Positions 52,601-64,000 of a DNA stretch of 64,000 bases are shown here, piece after piece (the stretch's first letter is position 1; every line of letters begins with the position of its first letter). The position numbers and the translations under genes were made by a program. The notes beneath the pieces were generated by a model that did no database searches, was not told the origin of the DNA, and saw only the letters and a list, made by a program, of their open reading frames with translations. Origin of the DNA: Gordius albopunctatus (taxonomy: Eukaryota); the NCBI GenBank assembly GCA_964276515.1, contig OZ193909.1, positions 11,532,001 to 11,596,000 of the forward strand, read 5' to 3'.

Positions 52601-54918
52601 TTACCTTCTGGCTGTACTCCAGCAGTCAGCTGTTGTACAAATAAATTCAGTACTAGACATTTTTTCTATGATTTTGGTTTTCTAGATGTCAATGTTTGTC
52701 TACACATGACATCAACAGGAGATTTTGAGAAAGCACTTAGAAGCTTTCTAAAGGATGGATTATCAACAATTGAAAGAGGCTGAATTGTGTCAATAACAAA
52801 ATTCACCAATGCTTCTTCCCGATTTTTATCTTTAGTAAAATTTACAATGTTTTGGACAATTTTAGTTTTCTCATTTTCCTTTGTTAGATTTATCAATTCA
52901 CTATTATGGTATCTCTGTATTATTTTTTACTTATTAAATCAAACTAAGTACAAGATTACCTTTAGATGTCTAGTCAAACTAAAACATGATCTTGATGAAG
53001 CCTTAAGTTTAACCTTGCATAAAAGACATTTCACCTCAAAATTCTGTTCATTATATTGATTATCTTTAAGTTTAAACACATTAGCATATTTTGGAAATGG
53101 AAAAGTTTTCATGCATGATGTGGTTGCTTCATTTATGCTTGATTCTATTTCCATAATAGCTTAATATGATAATAAATTATACCTTACAGTTACATTATTA
53201 AATCTTTAATATTTATAAAAAATATGCTTAGTAACAAGACAAATTATAATAATTTATTCATAATATTTGATGTAAAATTCAATTATAAATAGCAAAGTAT
53301 TTTAGCATGAAAGAGCAACCATAGAAAAATTAAATTAATATTTAAAAATATATTTTATAACAAAATTATTATGTGATTAAACTCACGATAGCGATGAGAA
53401 GTTTAAAAGTGTTGGAAATGAAATATCAAGATAGTAACAAGGGGTAAAATTTTTCCAAAAAACACTGAATAGGAATATTACAATATTGTTAATTATTTAT
53501 CCTAACTACCTGTCTGTTTTTGTTTTTCTAATTATACTTCAACTTCTATTGCAATATTAATTATGATACACCAAAACGTTTTAAGCAATCTATATATATA
53601 TAGTAAAGTCTATGTATGCAAGGGCTAAATTCTAAAACTACCGGCCCGATTCGCGCGAAACTTTACCCGTAGGTTCCCAGGGATGCCAGGGGTAAAATAT
53701 CTTTTTCAGATTCCTAAAATACCTTTTCGTTTTAAAAATATCGGACATTTCCCGGCCAGTTTAATTTATAGCAGCATATACAATAATGACGTCATACATA
53801 CAAGGCTGAAGTTTTCTCGAATTAGATATTTAAAAGTATAATAAAAATGTTACAGTATACGGTCAAAATTATTGGGGTGTAACAAACTATTTAAATTAAA
53901 TAAATAATATTTAAATTATTATCACGTGGTCGATCATAGAAGCATATTTTTAATAATTATCCATCCTTCAATTAATTATTTTATTATATTAAAAAAAATT
54001 GTATTTCAAATAAATCAGCTAACTAGAAAAATAAAATAATGGTATTATTGTATAATAAGTAACAGCATTAATCAGCAATTTTTTAAAAAACATTTAATTT
54101 TAGTCGGATTTGATGACTAAAACAGAATTTGCATTTGGTTTGTCTTATTATATATATACTAAAAATAGTGGGTTCATAAAATAAATGACGTGATAAAATT
54201 CGTGCTCTAAATAAATATTATGGATATTTTATTTATTTGAATTATTATTTCATATATGACCCCATTTTAGATAAGTTTTATTAATAGGTTATACTTATTT
54301 AACCACTTAAGGACTGAGCCAGAGCAACGCTTGGCCGGGCACAGCTAGTAATTGATAAAGTAAATATGCGAATAATATAAAATATAACGGATATATTAAT
54401 TAATTATATTGTCTATCGATGTTAATTAAACTTCCCGGAGAAAGGAGGGCGCCCTCAAGTCTGGTGTAATTTGTCAATGTAAAAGATAGGGATAATTAAT
54501 TTTGTATATAATTTAAAAAATAAATGTGCTAGGATAAAAAAATTGTGAATACATTCCTCTTAAACAAAATTTTTACCCATTAATTTGCAAGTTATTGACG
54601 TTTGAAAAACGCTAAAATCGCGTTTTTAGCGACTTTGACAGCGAATATTTAAAAAACTTGACGTATAGGGAAAAAACTAAAAACATATTTGTGTTCACCG
54701 TGAAAAACTCTACCAGAATCTGCAAACAGTTTGCCAGTTAATTTTTCTTGTTGAACCGTGTAATTTGTTGATAATAATTCATGAGTGAATAAAAATTTTA
54801 TACCTTATAATTTACACAACCTTAGGAGATGGAAACAAAATTAAAGGAGGCTTGGAACAAACCTGGATCTCCTTTCATTGGCCAACCATTTGATATCAGT
54901 AAAATAAATCTCAGCTAA
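31657..54918 (+). CDS. NUDCD3: NudC domain-containing protein 3-like (CS/p23 domain co-chaperone)
   Basis: Exons 43166-43355, 43395-43475, 43513-43701, 54826-54918 give FQKFPESYNGAVRDKYVWTQ...STWSLIP...EEEEQATVERLIYDESQKAKGLPTS...LKEAWNKPGSPFIGQPFD, matching recalled NUDCD3. The first coding exon 31657-31763 is inferred from splice sites and phase only and is less certain. Confidence 0.85.
32589..33000. mobile_element. Diverged terminal arm of the long-TIR (foldback) family
   Basis: GGGCATCTCATTTCAAATCGCC..GGCCGACCC matches the arms of 39892-41774; an opposite-orientation arm is at about 42520-42950 and another arm starts at about 26020. Confidence 0.6.
33149..33490 (-). mobile_element. RTE family B 3' fragment
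   Basis: Reverse complement matches about 21130-21526 (with an internal deletion), including the CTGATAAAGAAGAAG tail. Confidence 0.8.
34270..34733 (-). mobile_element. 5' part of a second non-autonomous Helitron-like family
   Basis: Minus strand begins TCTATATATATATAATTCTCGTG with core AAACGGCTGGACGGATTT; left boundary uncertain. Confidence 0.5.
35260..37031 (-). mobile_element. hAT deletion derivative nested in the left end of the hobo-like element
   Basis: TIRs TAGGGATGG...CCATCCCTA; exact 8-bp TSD GTCAGATC; BED-finger remnant on the minus strand at about 35690-35835; 23-bp tandem repeats at 36933-37010. Confidence 0.85.
36091..36720. repeat. ~224-bp tandem repeat (about 3 units)
   Basis: ATGGCAATA recurs at 36091, 36315 and 36539 with colinear following sequence. 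Confidence 0.8.
39892..41774. mobile_element. Foldback-type DNA element with ~600-bp inverted arms
   Basis: 39892-40505 is the inverse of about 41140-41760; right terminus GGAATGTCCC; boundaries defined by the empty site at 21971-21993. Confidence 0.8.
48393..48502 (-). ncRNA. Conserved multibranch RNA structure (family A copy 2)
   Basis: Same fold as 22556-22665, with a perfect ACCGCCU/AGGCGGU stem. Confidence 0.7.
48576..48627 (-). ncRNA. Twister ribozyme at the 5' end of RTE copy 2
   Basis: Identical to 22431-22482; the flank supplies U at position -1, restoring the canonical U^AA cleavage site. Confidence 0.85.
49427..50125 (-). mobile_element. Ty3/gypsy LTR-retrotransposon integrase fragment
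   Basis: WERVHVDF, LLVVDAYSKW, VVSNGGPVF (second catalytic D lost), APYYPQSNGQAER; no LTRs seen. Confidence 0.85.
50500..51240 (+). mobile_element. Decayed hAT transposase fragment
   Basis: TDNGSNFVKAF, RCACHCPNL, PNKTRCNSYYEA; paralogous to the minus-strand copy at 51300-53154. Confidence 0.75.
51300..53154 (-). mobile_element. Decayed hAT (Ac-group) transposase gene with small introns
   Basis: BED finger (CLLC..LTRHLK), QPLSIVDNPSFR, CTTADCW, CACHCLNL, PNKTRWNSYY and a C-terminal dimerization remnant. Confidence 0.8.
53589..54348 (+). mobile_element. Non-autonomous Helitron
   Basis: A|TCTATATA 5' end shared with the 21703-25922 family; 3' hairpin GCCAGAGC-AAC-GCTTGGC then CTAG|T. Confidence 0.8.
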
Positions 54919-56123
54919 GTACAACTATTTTTATATGTTTTTTGCACACACTTTAATGCCTTTAATATTTGTGTATTATATAATTTATTGTGTTATATAT
55001 GCATTTGTTTTTACACCCAAACTGGATCAGAGAACTCATATTTTAAATTAATAGAGCATAAAAGCTATGAAATTCGTGTTTTTAAGTACATGGACGTGAA
55101 TAAAAAACATAGCATTTAATTTGAAAAGTTATGATAAGTATCCAATTGTAAATTGCAATCTAAACCTAATTTTATGTGTAATTCATTCGTATTTGTCTAA
55201 ATAAATATCGATTTACCAGCTTAAAAAAGCTTTTGAATTGGAGGCCGGCATGGGCCGAAGTTTTAGGCTCAGACCAAGTCCTTACCAGTACAAATATTTT
55301 TGGCATGCACATAACTCGCAAAAAAATAAAAATTGCGCCGCATCAGGCCCGCATGATTAAAAACAAGTCTATGTTGTTTTAAAATTATTTATTTGTAAAA
55401 TAACATAGCTATATCATAAAAAATAGAATCAAAAATTATAATTTAATATTGTCAGTAAAAAATAAAAGACTATTATATCAGGCAATAATTTCGTTTTTCT
55501 CTACTTTAAGGGCGACTAGCCTTACTGAATGAACGTTCACTCGTAGAACTGGTGGCTGGAATTGACAAAAACTGAATAGCTAATTTTGTTAGGTTTGGTA
55601 GCATAAGTTGCTCTTATTACCACCAATAAATTACATCTAGCCTAGCATCTTCAGGTTTTAGATTTAATTTAAAATAAGTATCAACTTCGTTGAAATCTTC
55701 AATCTTTTCCGTTTCATCATCCTCCCACATGGAGATATCCATATCTGCTCACCCATAGGTAATTGCTTAGTGTTACGCACCTGAGCTGGATTGCTCATAG
55801 GTAGATGATTTATCTTTTCTTGCGTGAATTTCTTTAAAAATTCGGTTACCGTAGTTTTTACGAAGCTTCTTTCATTTAATGTGCGAAATCTAGGAAACAA
55901 GAAAGGTTGATATTTTATGATAAATCTCGATATTTAACTTTGAAATTCCCATAGTTTTGGCTCTTGATTTCAATTTAAGATCACGGAGTCAACAAGATCC
56001 TCATTACACGTATAGGATTAAAACAAATTTAGGTTGTTTTTAATAATGTATAAAAGGGTAGGGGAGACCGGGGTTACTATTTTTTGTATTGTCGTATAGT
56101 GGTGATAGACGAAGAAGAACCCA

Positions 56124-56842
56124 ATGCCTCAATACAAAACGATAGTTATTGAACAACTATACGACATCTTTCCCTTTAAAAAATTGAAGGCTCCCTCTGA
56201 TTTTGTTCTCGGTATTGGAGCGGACGAGATTTCTCGCAAAGCCATCGCCAACAACGGGGGAAGGTGCCATGTCCCAAAGTACGTCAAGGCTATTCCTCGG
56301 GAACATAAGCCCTTGGTAGACGAGATTATCCTGTCAAATATCGAAGTCTGCTGGGAAGGAGTGAGGAAATTGATGTGGCGGAGAATCAACCACACTGGGT
56401 GCCTTCCACGCCCGCAGAGTCAATCACGATGACTCGCGCCGAATTGGACGCCCTCCTTGCAAGGGAAAGGACGCGTCCTGCTAGTAACCCTAGCTCAAAC
56501 GTCGATGTACTCAAGGGCCTTCGCGAAGCAGTAGAAACCAACTACTCGATGCCTGCATATCAAAAGCATGAGGCTGAATTCCTGCTCAGCCTCGGTGACA
56601 CTATCAACGACTATAACAAGACCATCGATAAATTCTCCGATCGAGTCAGGACGATCGCGATTGCCTCGTACTATGGTTGGCAGGCTGTGACCGGAAAATC
56701 CAAAGACTGGGCCGAGAAAATAGGAATAAGCCAGAACACCGAACCCGTTCATCTTTTTCGGCCACCTGATCAGCGCAATGCTCCACGGAAGAAGGGCTCT
56801 TACTCAATAGGGCCGCCTCCGCCTCGGGCGGAGAGAATGTAA
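56124..56842 (+). other. GC-rich two-ORF island, possibly DIRS-type retrotransposon gag
   Basis: Overlapping ORFs 56124-56432 and 56375-56842; DRVRTIAIASYYGWQAV resembles a recalled R..I.IA...GW..V gag motif of tyrosine-recombinase retrotransposons; no RT or recombinase nearby. Confidence 0.35.
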
Positions 56843-57244
56843 GGACGGTAGCAGCAACCCTCGGCAGTGGTGGTAACCCGCCGAGGTCGGTGAGCGATGG
56901 TACTGTTCCAACATGGCTAAACATTTTTTTTCTTGGGTAAATTGTTTTCCTTTTATAAGGCCATAAAAAGATGTGATTTTGGCGGATACACGACATTTGT
57001 GCCGTGCAAGGTGTGGCTCAATATGTCTTTGCAATCGTTACATGCACAAGTTCAAATTTTTCTTTATGCTCATCAACTATATTATTTTTACAAATTAAAC
57101 TTTTGTTATTTTAAACAAGATTGTATTTTTGAAGTGATCATTTTAAATATCATAGTTTTAATTTTCTAAAAATATGAGGTAAGTTTTAAGCCTTTTCTAT
57201 GCAGACATTAGAACTATTTAATTTTGAAGATTACATTAAAATTT

Positions 57245-58675
57245 AAACTCGGGCCTTCGGCCCTCGTGGGAAGGGGGAACTAAACTCATCTATACTCCGT
57301 ATAAACGTAGCATATTTGCTATGCAATTTATGCGCGAGAAAGGTGGGAAGGGGCAGAAATGCCTATAGAGGGGTATTAAATGCAAAATGATTAGTTAATT
57401 ATTTATGCAAATTTTCCATTTAATTAAAAAAAAATTGCCCTCGCCGGGATTCGAACCCACATTAAATAGAGGCATAAGCTTTTGTAGCACAGCCCTTGTA
57501 GGGGAGGGCATAGGGTAATTATCAATGTTAACCTATTCAAAAACGAAAAATTTGGATTTATTTGGCCAATCGTCATTTTTTCATTGGTCAGTAGCCTGCG
57601 GGCGGTCTAAAAGTCATATTATCCATGGTATTAACAAGAACATAATATTAATTTTAAAAAAAAATAAAAAATTTTTGTCCTCACCGGGTCTCGATCCCCA
57701 ACCTGCAAGTCAGTAAGTTGTTTGCTATAACCACTCATACCATGCTGGTATTAAAATTGTAGAATTTTTTATGTTATTTATATAGATAATGAAATAATAA
57801 AGTTGTGTTTTATGTTTATTATACAATAAAATGAAACAATAATAGAAAATCAATATATTATAGATAATTTAACAAAAATTGAGGGATTCAGTTTGTGCAG
57901 CATAATACTTCTCTAAATCTTTAACGAATTTTGGGTGAACCGCAAATTTTTTGTCTAAAAACATTTGGGTGGCCCAAGCAATTGTAGTAGATGCTTCGTA
58001 ATCTTTCAAATCCTTAAAATCTTGATGCATCTCTGGAGGGGGCGAATGTCAGCGTTTCAGATTATTACAACGGTCTATAAATACATACGAGTCAAAACAA
58101 ACGAGAATTGACCAATGGTAATTTTTTTCCGTTGGTCAGTACCCAGAGATATTCTATAAATACCTACGAGTCAAAAAAAACAAAAAAATTTCGATTCACA
58201 TTTTGGCCAATGGTCATTTTTTTCCATTGGTCAGTACCAGCAGATACTCTATAAGTCAATGATAGCCAAAAAAAACGGGATAAAATTTGATGCTCACTTT
58301 GGCCAATGGTCATTTTTCCCATTGGTCAGTAGCCTGCGGACGGTCAAAAAGTCATATTATCAATGGCATTAACAGGAACAATCATAAGAGTCAAAAAAAA
58401 ACGGAAAAAAAATTTCAATTCACAATTTGGCCAATGGGCATTTTTCCCATCGATCAGCAGCCAGCGGACCGCCAAAAAGTCATAATAGCAATGGTAGTAA
58501 CAGGAACAATCATAAAAATTGCATAGCAATTAATACAAGAACAATATATTAATTTAATTTAAAAAAAAAATTTGTCCTCTCCGTGCTCGATCCCCAACCT
58601 TGCAAGTCGGGAAGCTGGTGTAAATAACTTGCGTTCCCCCCTCCCCCTTCCCACGAGGGCCGAAGGCCCGAGTTT
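57245..58675. mobile_element. TIR element with internal hairpin-bearing tandem repeats
   Basis: TIRs AAACTCGGGCCTTCGGCCCTCGTGGGAAGGGGGA and its inverse; repeat units at about 57561, 58108, 58201, 58298, 58426. Confidence 0.75.
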
Positions 58676-58795
58676 TAATATAAACATCACAATGGACATC
58701 GTTAAATCCAACACGATTTCCATACAAGGGTTAATGCCATCCGTTTATAGCGCGTTTTTTTATTCGTGAATTTAATATTTTTATACCATCCTAAT

Positions 58796-59065
58796 TAGTG
58801 GTGATCAAAACCTAGGTTGGGTTTTCCCGAGGTCAAACCCGAGGTGGGTTTTGGGTTAAGGTTGGAAAAAGACCTTTAAGGTCTTTCAGATTCCCCAACC
58901 CAAAACTGGGGTGGAACCCCAAAAAGACCTTAAAAACCTTAAGGTCTTTTTGGGGTTCCACCCCAGTTTTGGGTTAGGGAATTTGAAAGACCTTAAAGGT
59001 CTTTTTCCAACCTTAACCCAAACCTTAGGTTTGGGTTGTACAAACCTAGGTTTTGATCATCACTA
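58796..59065. mobile_element. Almost fully palindromic hAT MITE
   Basis: TIRs TAGTGGTGATCAAAACC...GGTTTTGATCATCACTA; exact 8-bp TSD ATCCTAAT; most of the interior is self-complementary. Confidence 0.9.
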
Positions 59066-60159
59066 ATCCTAATAAATAATATTGATAAAAAAATAAATTG
59101 CCTTAAACAAATATGTTGCTATTGTAGATTTGTAATTAGTGTAAGAGTGTACTATTTAATTATATAAATAAAATGTAAAATGAATACCTTAAAACAAATT
59201 TGTTGCTATTATGTAAGTTTGTAAATAATGACAGAAATGTTAAAGCTAAAACTATGTAATGAAAATAATTTTTTGCTACAATCTAAACTTATGAAAAACG
59301 ATGGAAATATTACAGATATGAAGTTAAAAACACTACCTTATTTATTTAATAAGCGTAATTTTTGTTCGGAAAATAATTTTTTTATCATCAAACTCATAAC
59401 TGCATTTTTTGTTACCATATTATTATGGTATACAGTTATATAAATTCAAATTTTCACTTATTGAAGCCCAACCTTCGGCCCGCACTTTTTATTGCGCCAT
59501 TTTAGGCCCGTATGCAGACCTCTATTTTCAAGACCTGCTTCATGTTGTGACAAATACACTCGATAGAAAACCGGACAAAAGGAAAAGGGCTTAAAACAAA
59601 CCCAAAATTACCTTTTTAATTTAAGTTAAAAAGGATACCATACGAAACATTGTGACCTCATCCTCGGCCGTAACTATAAAATAAACATATCATAAAATCA
59701 AGCAATAAAGCAGTAAGAAAGTCAACCTAATATACAAGCGTTTTAATCATCAAAAAATATATCTTTCAAATATTCTTCAAGCATAGAAAAGTCCAAAATC
59801 TAGGCTTAGACAATTACCTTTTTTAAATAGCACCAGATACTATATAATTTATAGAATCAATCACTTAAAACATTAATGTACAAGGATAAAGATGCAATAT
59901 AAAATAATTGTACACGAAATGTGAAGAGCATTAATAGTGAAAAATTACAATCCTCCTGTGCATAAAGACGTGTATAAGGCGAATCAAAAATGATTTTAAT
60001 AAATATTTTTGTGTGTAAAAAAATTGGATAATTGTCTAAGAGGCGCCAAAAGCCTTAAACCACAAATAAACTTACAAAATTACGAATCGTATGTTTGATA
60101 TTATAGGAGCATTGATAAAAAAAAATTTACAAGTAATGTACAACGTAGCATTCACATAT

Positions 60160-63002
60160 TCAAAGTGATGCCTTGAGTCGAGTCAAATAATTTTTCTGTA
60201 ACGGGCGATGCAGTTCTAGTATTCTTTTGGCTTCTTGCAGGGAAAACCATTTTCTTTTTCTACCTAATACATATGTAGAATGCAAAATATTTACCTGTAT
60301 ATATTTGCAGCGAGAACGCTGCACTGGTTGCATTCTCAATTTTTTATTCATTAAAAATATTAAGAGTGATTAAGATTTCTATATTTATATGTTATGATAA
60401 ATTTTATATATATAATTGCTGCGGGTTTAAAAAGATGTGGGCCAATCTCATGTCAATAAAAATCAATTGTGCATGGCTCTATGCTCGGAAAAACTCGATT
60501 CGAGTTTATGGTTATTATTTTAAAAACGTTCAGATGATATTTTATAAAACTCAATATAAATACGAAGGCAAAATGCATAAAAATAAATTTTTTAAATTAA
60601 TAATGAATTTATTAAAAAAAATTCGATAACAAATTAAGCACAACAAACAATATATCAAGCAAAATTAATTTTATAACCCAAAATAAGTATAGCATTTATG
60701 AAACGTATATAAGTGAGAGAGATCTGCGTGGGCCAAAATATTCGGTTCAGGCCCTGCCCATCCGCATAAATATATTTTTTGTCCCCACCCAGTCAGCACC
60801 TAAAACCGAAAAATTGCGCAGCATCAGACCCGCACTAGTAAAAACAAGTAGACGTTGTTTGAAAATTATTTTTATATGAAAACAATTTGTATTTTTTATA
60901 AAGAACTAAGCTAGAGCATATAAATCGGTTTTAATAAAAAATTAAAACTTAATATTGTCGTTTAAAAATAAAAGGCTATCTATTTTATCAGGCGAGCTTC
61001 TTATCCTTCACTCTTCTATAAACTGGATTGGAAGGTTCACTCGTGGCTTGATTATACAAATATTTAGTAGCTAATTTTGTCTTTCCATTATAAAATCTCA
61101 CCTGAGAAATTTTATCTAATAGAGGTGTCAATTTAGTTAGCGTCTTTAATCATCTCTGTGACATCATCCTCCCAAAATTGAAACAGGTTCCTCAACTATA
61201 TATGATTTCTTTAAGTTGCACATCAACTGGATTGCTTATAAATGGATGAGCAATGCAAAAGAAGCCAGGATCATATTACGTGATTTAGTAAATCTAAACC
61301 GTATTTACATGGCTTCTTTCATCTTCGGGTAGCACCTTTAATTTGCGCAACTTTGGAACAAAAAAAGTTAAAAGCCCTACTCTCAACCTTATAGGTAGAG
61401 CTGTTAAAGTTCATCTATGATACGATACGAACTAGTTCAAGTTCATATTTTTTTAAAAAGTAACTAGTTCAATTTTACAAAAATAACTAGTTAGAGTTCA
61501 GTTGATTTTTTTAAATATGATAAAGTTTATATCTAATCCAATTTAGGAAATGATTCCTGAATTTAAATTAGTTTTTTTTTAATCATATCCAAAATTTTAA
61601 ATAAATTTCAGTTTATTATATATTTTAAAATCTAATTTAAGGAAATATTCTTATATAACAAAAGCATCAACTATACAATGTTTAAAATCTTTATTACAAA
61701 CAATATACAATTATAATTTACAATAAAAATCATGTGAAAGTAGATGTGAATTGGACTTTAATAAATATTGTTCTCAAAATTATCATTTAATAAACAAGTA
61801 CGTTTATCTCCAAATATAAGCTTTCCCAAACTGAAAAGCCTTTCAACTGGAGCACTAGATGGGAGGCAAACATTATATTTGATAAAAATTTGCTTTAGAT
61901 TTGGAAATTCATCAAATATATCAAATGAGGTATTATTTAAACACTCGGCTTATAAATTTATTTTAAATAATATATTTGTGATGAACTAGTTCAATTACAT
62001 TGTATAGTTCAAGTTCAGAACTTGAAAAAAATAACTAGCTCAAGTTCAATCTTAAAAAAAATGAACTAGTTCAAGTTCGCAGTTCAAATTTTTTGGAAGG
62101 TAACTAGTTTAGTTTTAAGTTCAGAAAAAAGTGAACTAGTTCTTAACAGCTCTACTTATAGGGTATTCCAACCTAGCTATGTTCCCCTAGGCAAGTATAG
62201 CCGATTATAACCTTGCTTAGCCAAACGCTTTATGATAAATATCGATGTCAAACTTTAAAATTAACATCATTTTGGCTCATGATTTAAATTTTTAGATCTC
62301 TTGGGCAACGGTTATTATTATATGTAGAAGATGGAAATAAATTAGGGATGTTTGTTAAAGATGTAGTAGGATACTTTTTAAACGGCTACTAATTCCATGC
62401 TTACCTTTTTATAATGTGCAAGCATATTAATCAATAGCATATGTTTTTGGATTCAAGTTTTTCCATTAAATCTTCACAAGATAAATTTTTTTGTCATTTC
62501 ACTATACATCTCATGCAAACTTTTAACATACTTTTGCAGTTCGACCTGGTCTCAACAGGTATTAAAACATAATGACGACTTAACTACCGTAAAAATATAT
62601 ACTGGCAACATATAGTTTTTTAAAATCGATGGAAATGTTCCAAAAATAAAATATTTTTCCTTGAATTATTACCGTTATTATGTTTAGTTCCCAGCTTTTT
62701 GTTAAAATAAATATTAAATTTTAACTTCAAGCTATTAAATGCAATTATTTGTTCCTATATTTATAATTTTAGTATAGAAGGAAATAAATCTAAATTATTT
62801 TTAATATCTAATTAGGCTCTTTAATAGGCCCAGTCCGCGAACTGGGATTGGGCCTGCGGGTTGACTTGGCCTATGCTGGTCTCTAATATAAGTATATTGA
62901 AATTGATTGGAAATTACCTAATTTTTGTGCTTCTTCCCAGTATGGTAGTTCCTCTTTGACAATAAATACGTACACGTAAGTTCGATGTTTTCTTTCTGGG
63001 TT
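60160..63002 (-). CDS. NUDT3: Diphosphoinositol polyphosphate phosphohydrolase (DIPP/Aps, Nudix), last two exons
   Basis: Exons 63002-62918 and 60263-60160 join in phase: NPERKHRTYVYVFIVKEELPYWEEAQKLGRKRKWFSLQEAKRILELHRPLQKNYL, matching the recalled DIPP C-terminus; upstream exons not seen in the window. Confidence 0.85.
60715..62885 (-). mobile_element. Decayed hAT element filling the NUDT3 intron
   Basis: 8-bp TSD ATATAAGT (60707-60714, 62886-62893); degenerate TIRs; homologous to 55239-56050. Confidence 0.65.
61396..62154 (-). mobile_element. hAT deletion derivative
   Basis: TIRs TAGAGCTGTTAA...TTAACAGCTCTA; exact TSD CTTATAGG; AACTAGTT subterminal palindromes; LPSSAPVERLFS remnant on the minus strand. 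Confidence 0.9.
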
Positions 63003-63674
63003 CTTTAATTAAGTTTAAATAGATAAATATTAACTATTTATTGATATATCTTTAAAAATATTAATAGATTCTATTTAATTATGAAAAATTAAAAAATGTG
63101 TGATTATTAACATGCTTAAAATCGTATAAAAATCAAGTAAAAAGACAACTTATTTCAAAAAATTTAATTTAACGATGGTAATAATACATCATCTTTTTCT
63201 TGTAAAAAGACAATTAAATTGCTAATTTATTTAATGTCATAATTTACAAAAAGTTTTAAAAAAAACGATTGAAATACCAAGATTTAAAAAATACATTAAA
63301 TAATGCATTCTAAAATGTTTAACCGATTAAAAGGGAAAAATATATAATAAACTGCTAAATAGGCGATATGTAGTATACAAAAAATTGATCTATCCCCAAA
63401 TTTATCATACTATTATTAGTATGAAAATTCAAGAAGTAGCTCTAATTTAAACTTTGCCTTAATGAAGCAAATATCTTTCAAGCCTTTGTTGATATGTCAA
63501 TCATGCTGTAATATATACAAATGGTTATTCGCTAATTTTAAAGGTTTTCCCTCATACCAAATGTGTAATAATGAAACGGAACACGTCAATTCTTCGTCCT
63601 ACCAATTCCTTGTTGTACCCTTACTTCGATTTTTTATTATTGATATAAATCATCAGGAATATGAGCATTAAACA

Positions 63675-63910
63675 CGTCCAATTTTATGCCTAGAAATTAC
63701 GATTTGCCTACAACTCTGATTTTCTGTAATTATTTGTAAAAAATGTGGGCAGAATCGCACCAAATCCTTTTCTAAGCATCCCCTCGGTAAATTCAAGTGC
63801 TTAAAGTGTTCAAAAAAATTTAAAGTGGGGACTTTAGCGCAAGAAACGTAGAAAAGACAACTTATAAAGTTTGAAGACCGGGATTTGCAAGCACTACTTG
63901 CTATGGAATG
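63675..63910 (+). mobile_element. Mariner transposase N-terminal remnant
   Basis: Frameshifted translation TTLIFC..AESHQIL..SGDF..KFEDRDLQALL resembles the recalled Mos1-type HTH region. Confidence 0.65.
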
Positions 63911-64000
63911 CAGAATAATTAAATGGACATGAGAAGGTGTTTTCTTCCGTTTGCAAGGCATAATTTGAAAATTAGGTTCCACGTTAAATGAATAAGGTAG

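Larger units (their letters stand above)
55239..59524 (-). mobile_element. Old hAT element containing later insertions
   Basis: Degenerate TIRs (TGGAGGCCGGCATGGGCC / GGCCCGTATGCAGACCTCTA), 6/8 TSD match, ATSSTSERSFS dimerization motif on the minus strand near 55520-55560; homologous to 60715-62885. Confidence 0.6.

Noticed and set aside
58100..58520. CRISPR-like array
   Set aside because: Eukaryotic context, no cas genes, degenerate repeats, and linkers related to each other rather than unique spacers.

Overview
AT-rich eukaryotic (invertebrate animal) genomic window; the organism cannot be fixed from sequence alone. Four spliced host genes can be reconstructed with GT-AG introns in consistent phase. 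These are the 3' part of a Tiam1/still-life Rac GEF (+, 3-3189), a complete Brachyury T-box gene (+, 13754-18285), a NUDCD3-like gene spread over 23 kb (+, 31657-54918), and the last two exons of a NUDT3/DIPP Nudix hydrolase (-, 60160-63002). Most of the rest is transposon DNA, often nested several layers deep: three RTE-clade LINE families, Helitrons, hAT elements and MITEs with 8-bp TSDs, a foldback element, a tRNA-derived SINE, and gypsy, mariner and DIRS-like fragments. The most striking signal is at the RTE 5' end. Both full-length family-A copies begin exactly at the cleavage site of a twister ribozyme (AACACU...GGAGGG, with compensatory changes). About 75 nt further on, inside the start of the ORF, is a ~110-nt multibranch RNA structure whose stems covary between two divergent RTE families in this window. 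Together these suggest a ribozyme plus structured-RNA module for making and using an uncapped retrotransposon RNA.
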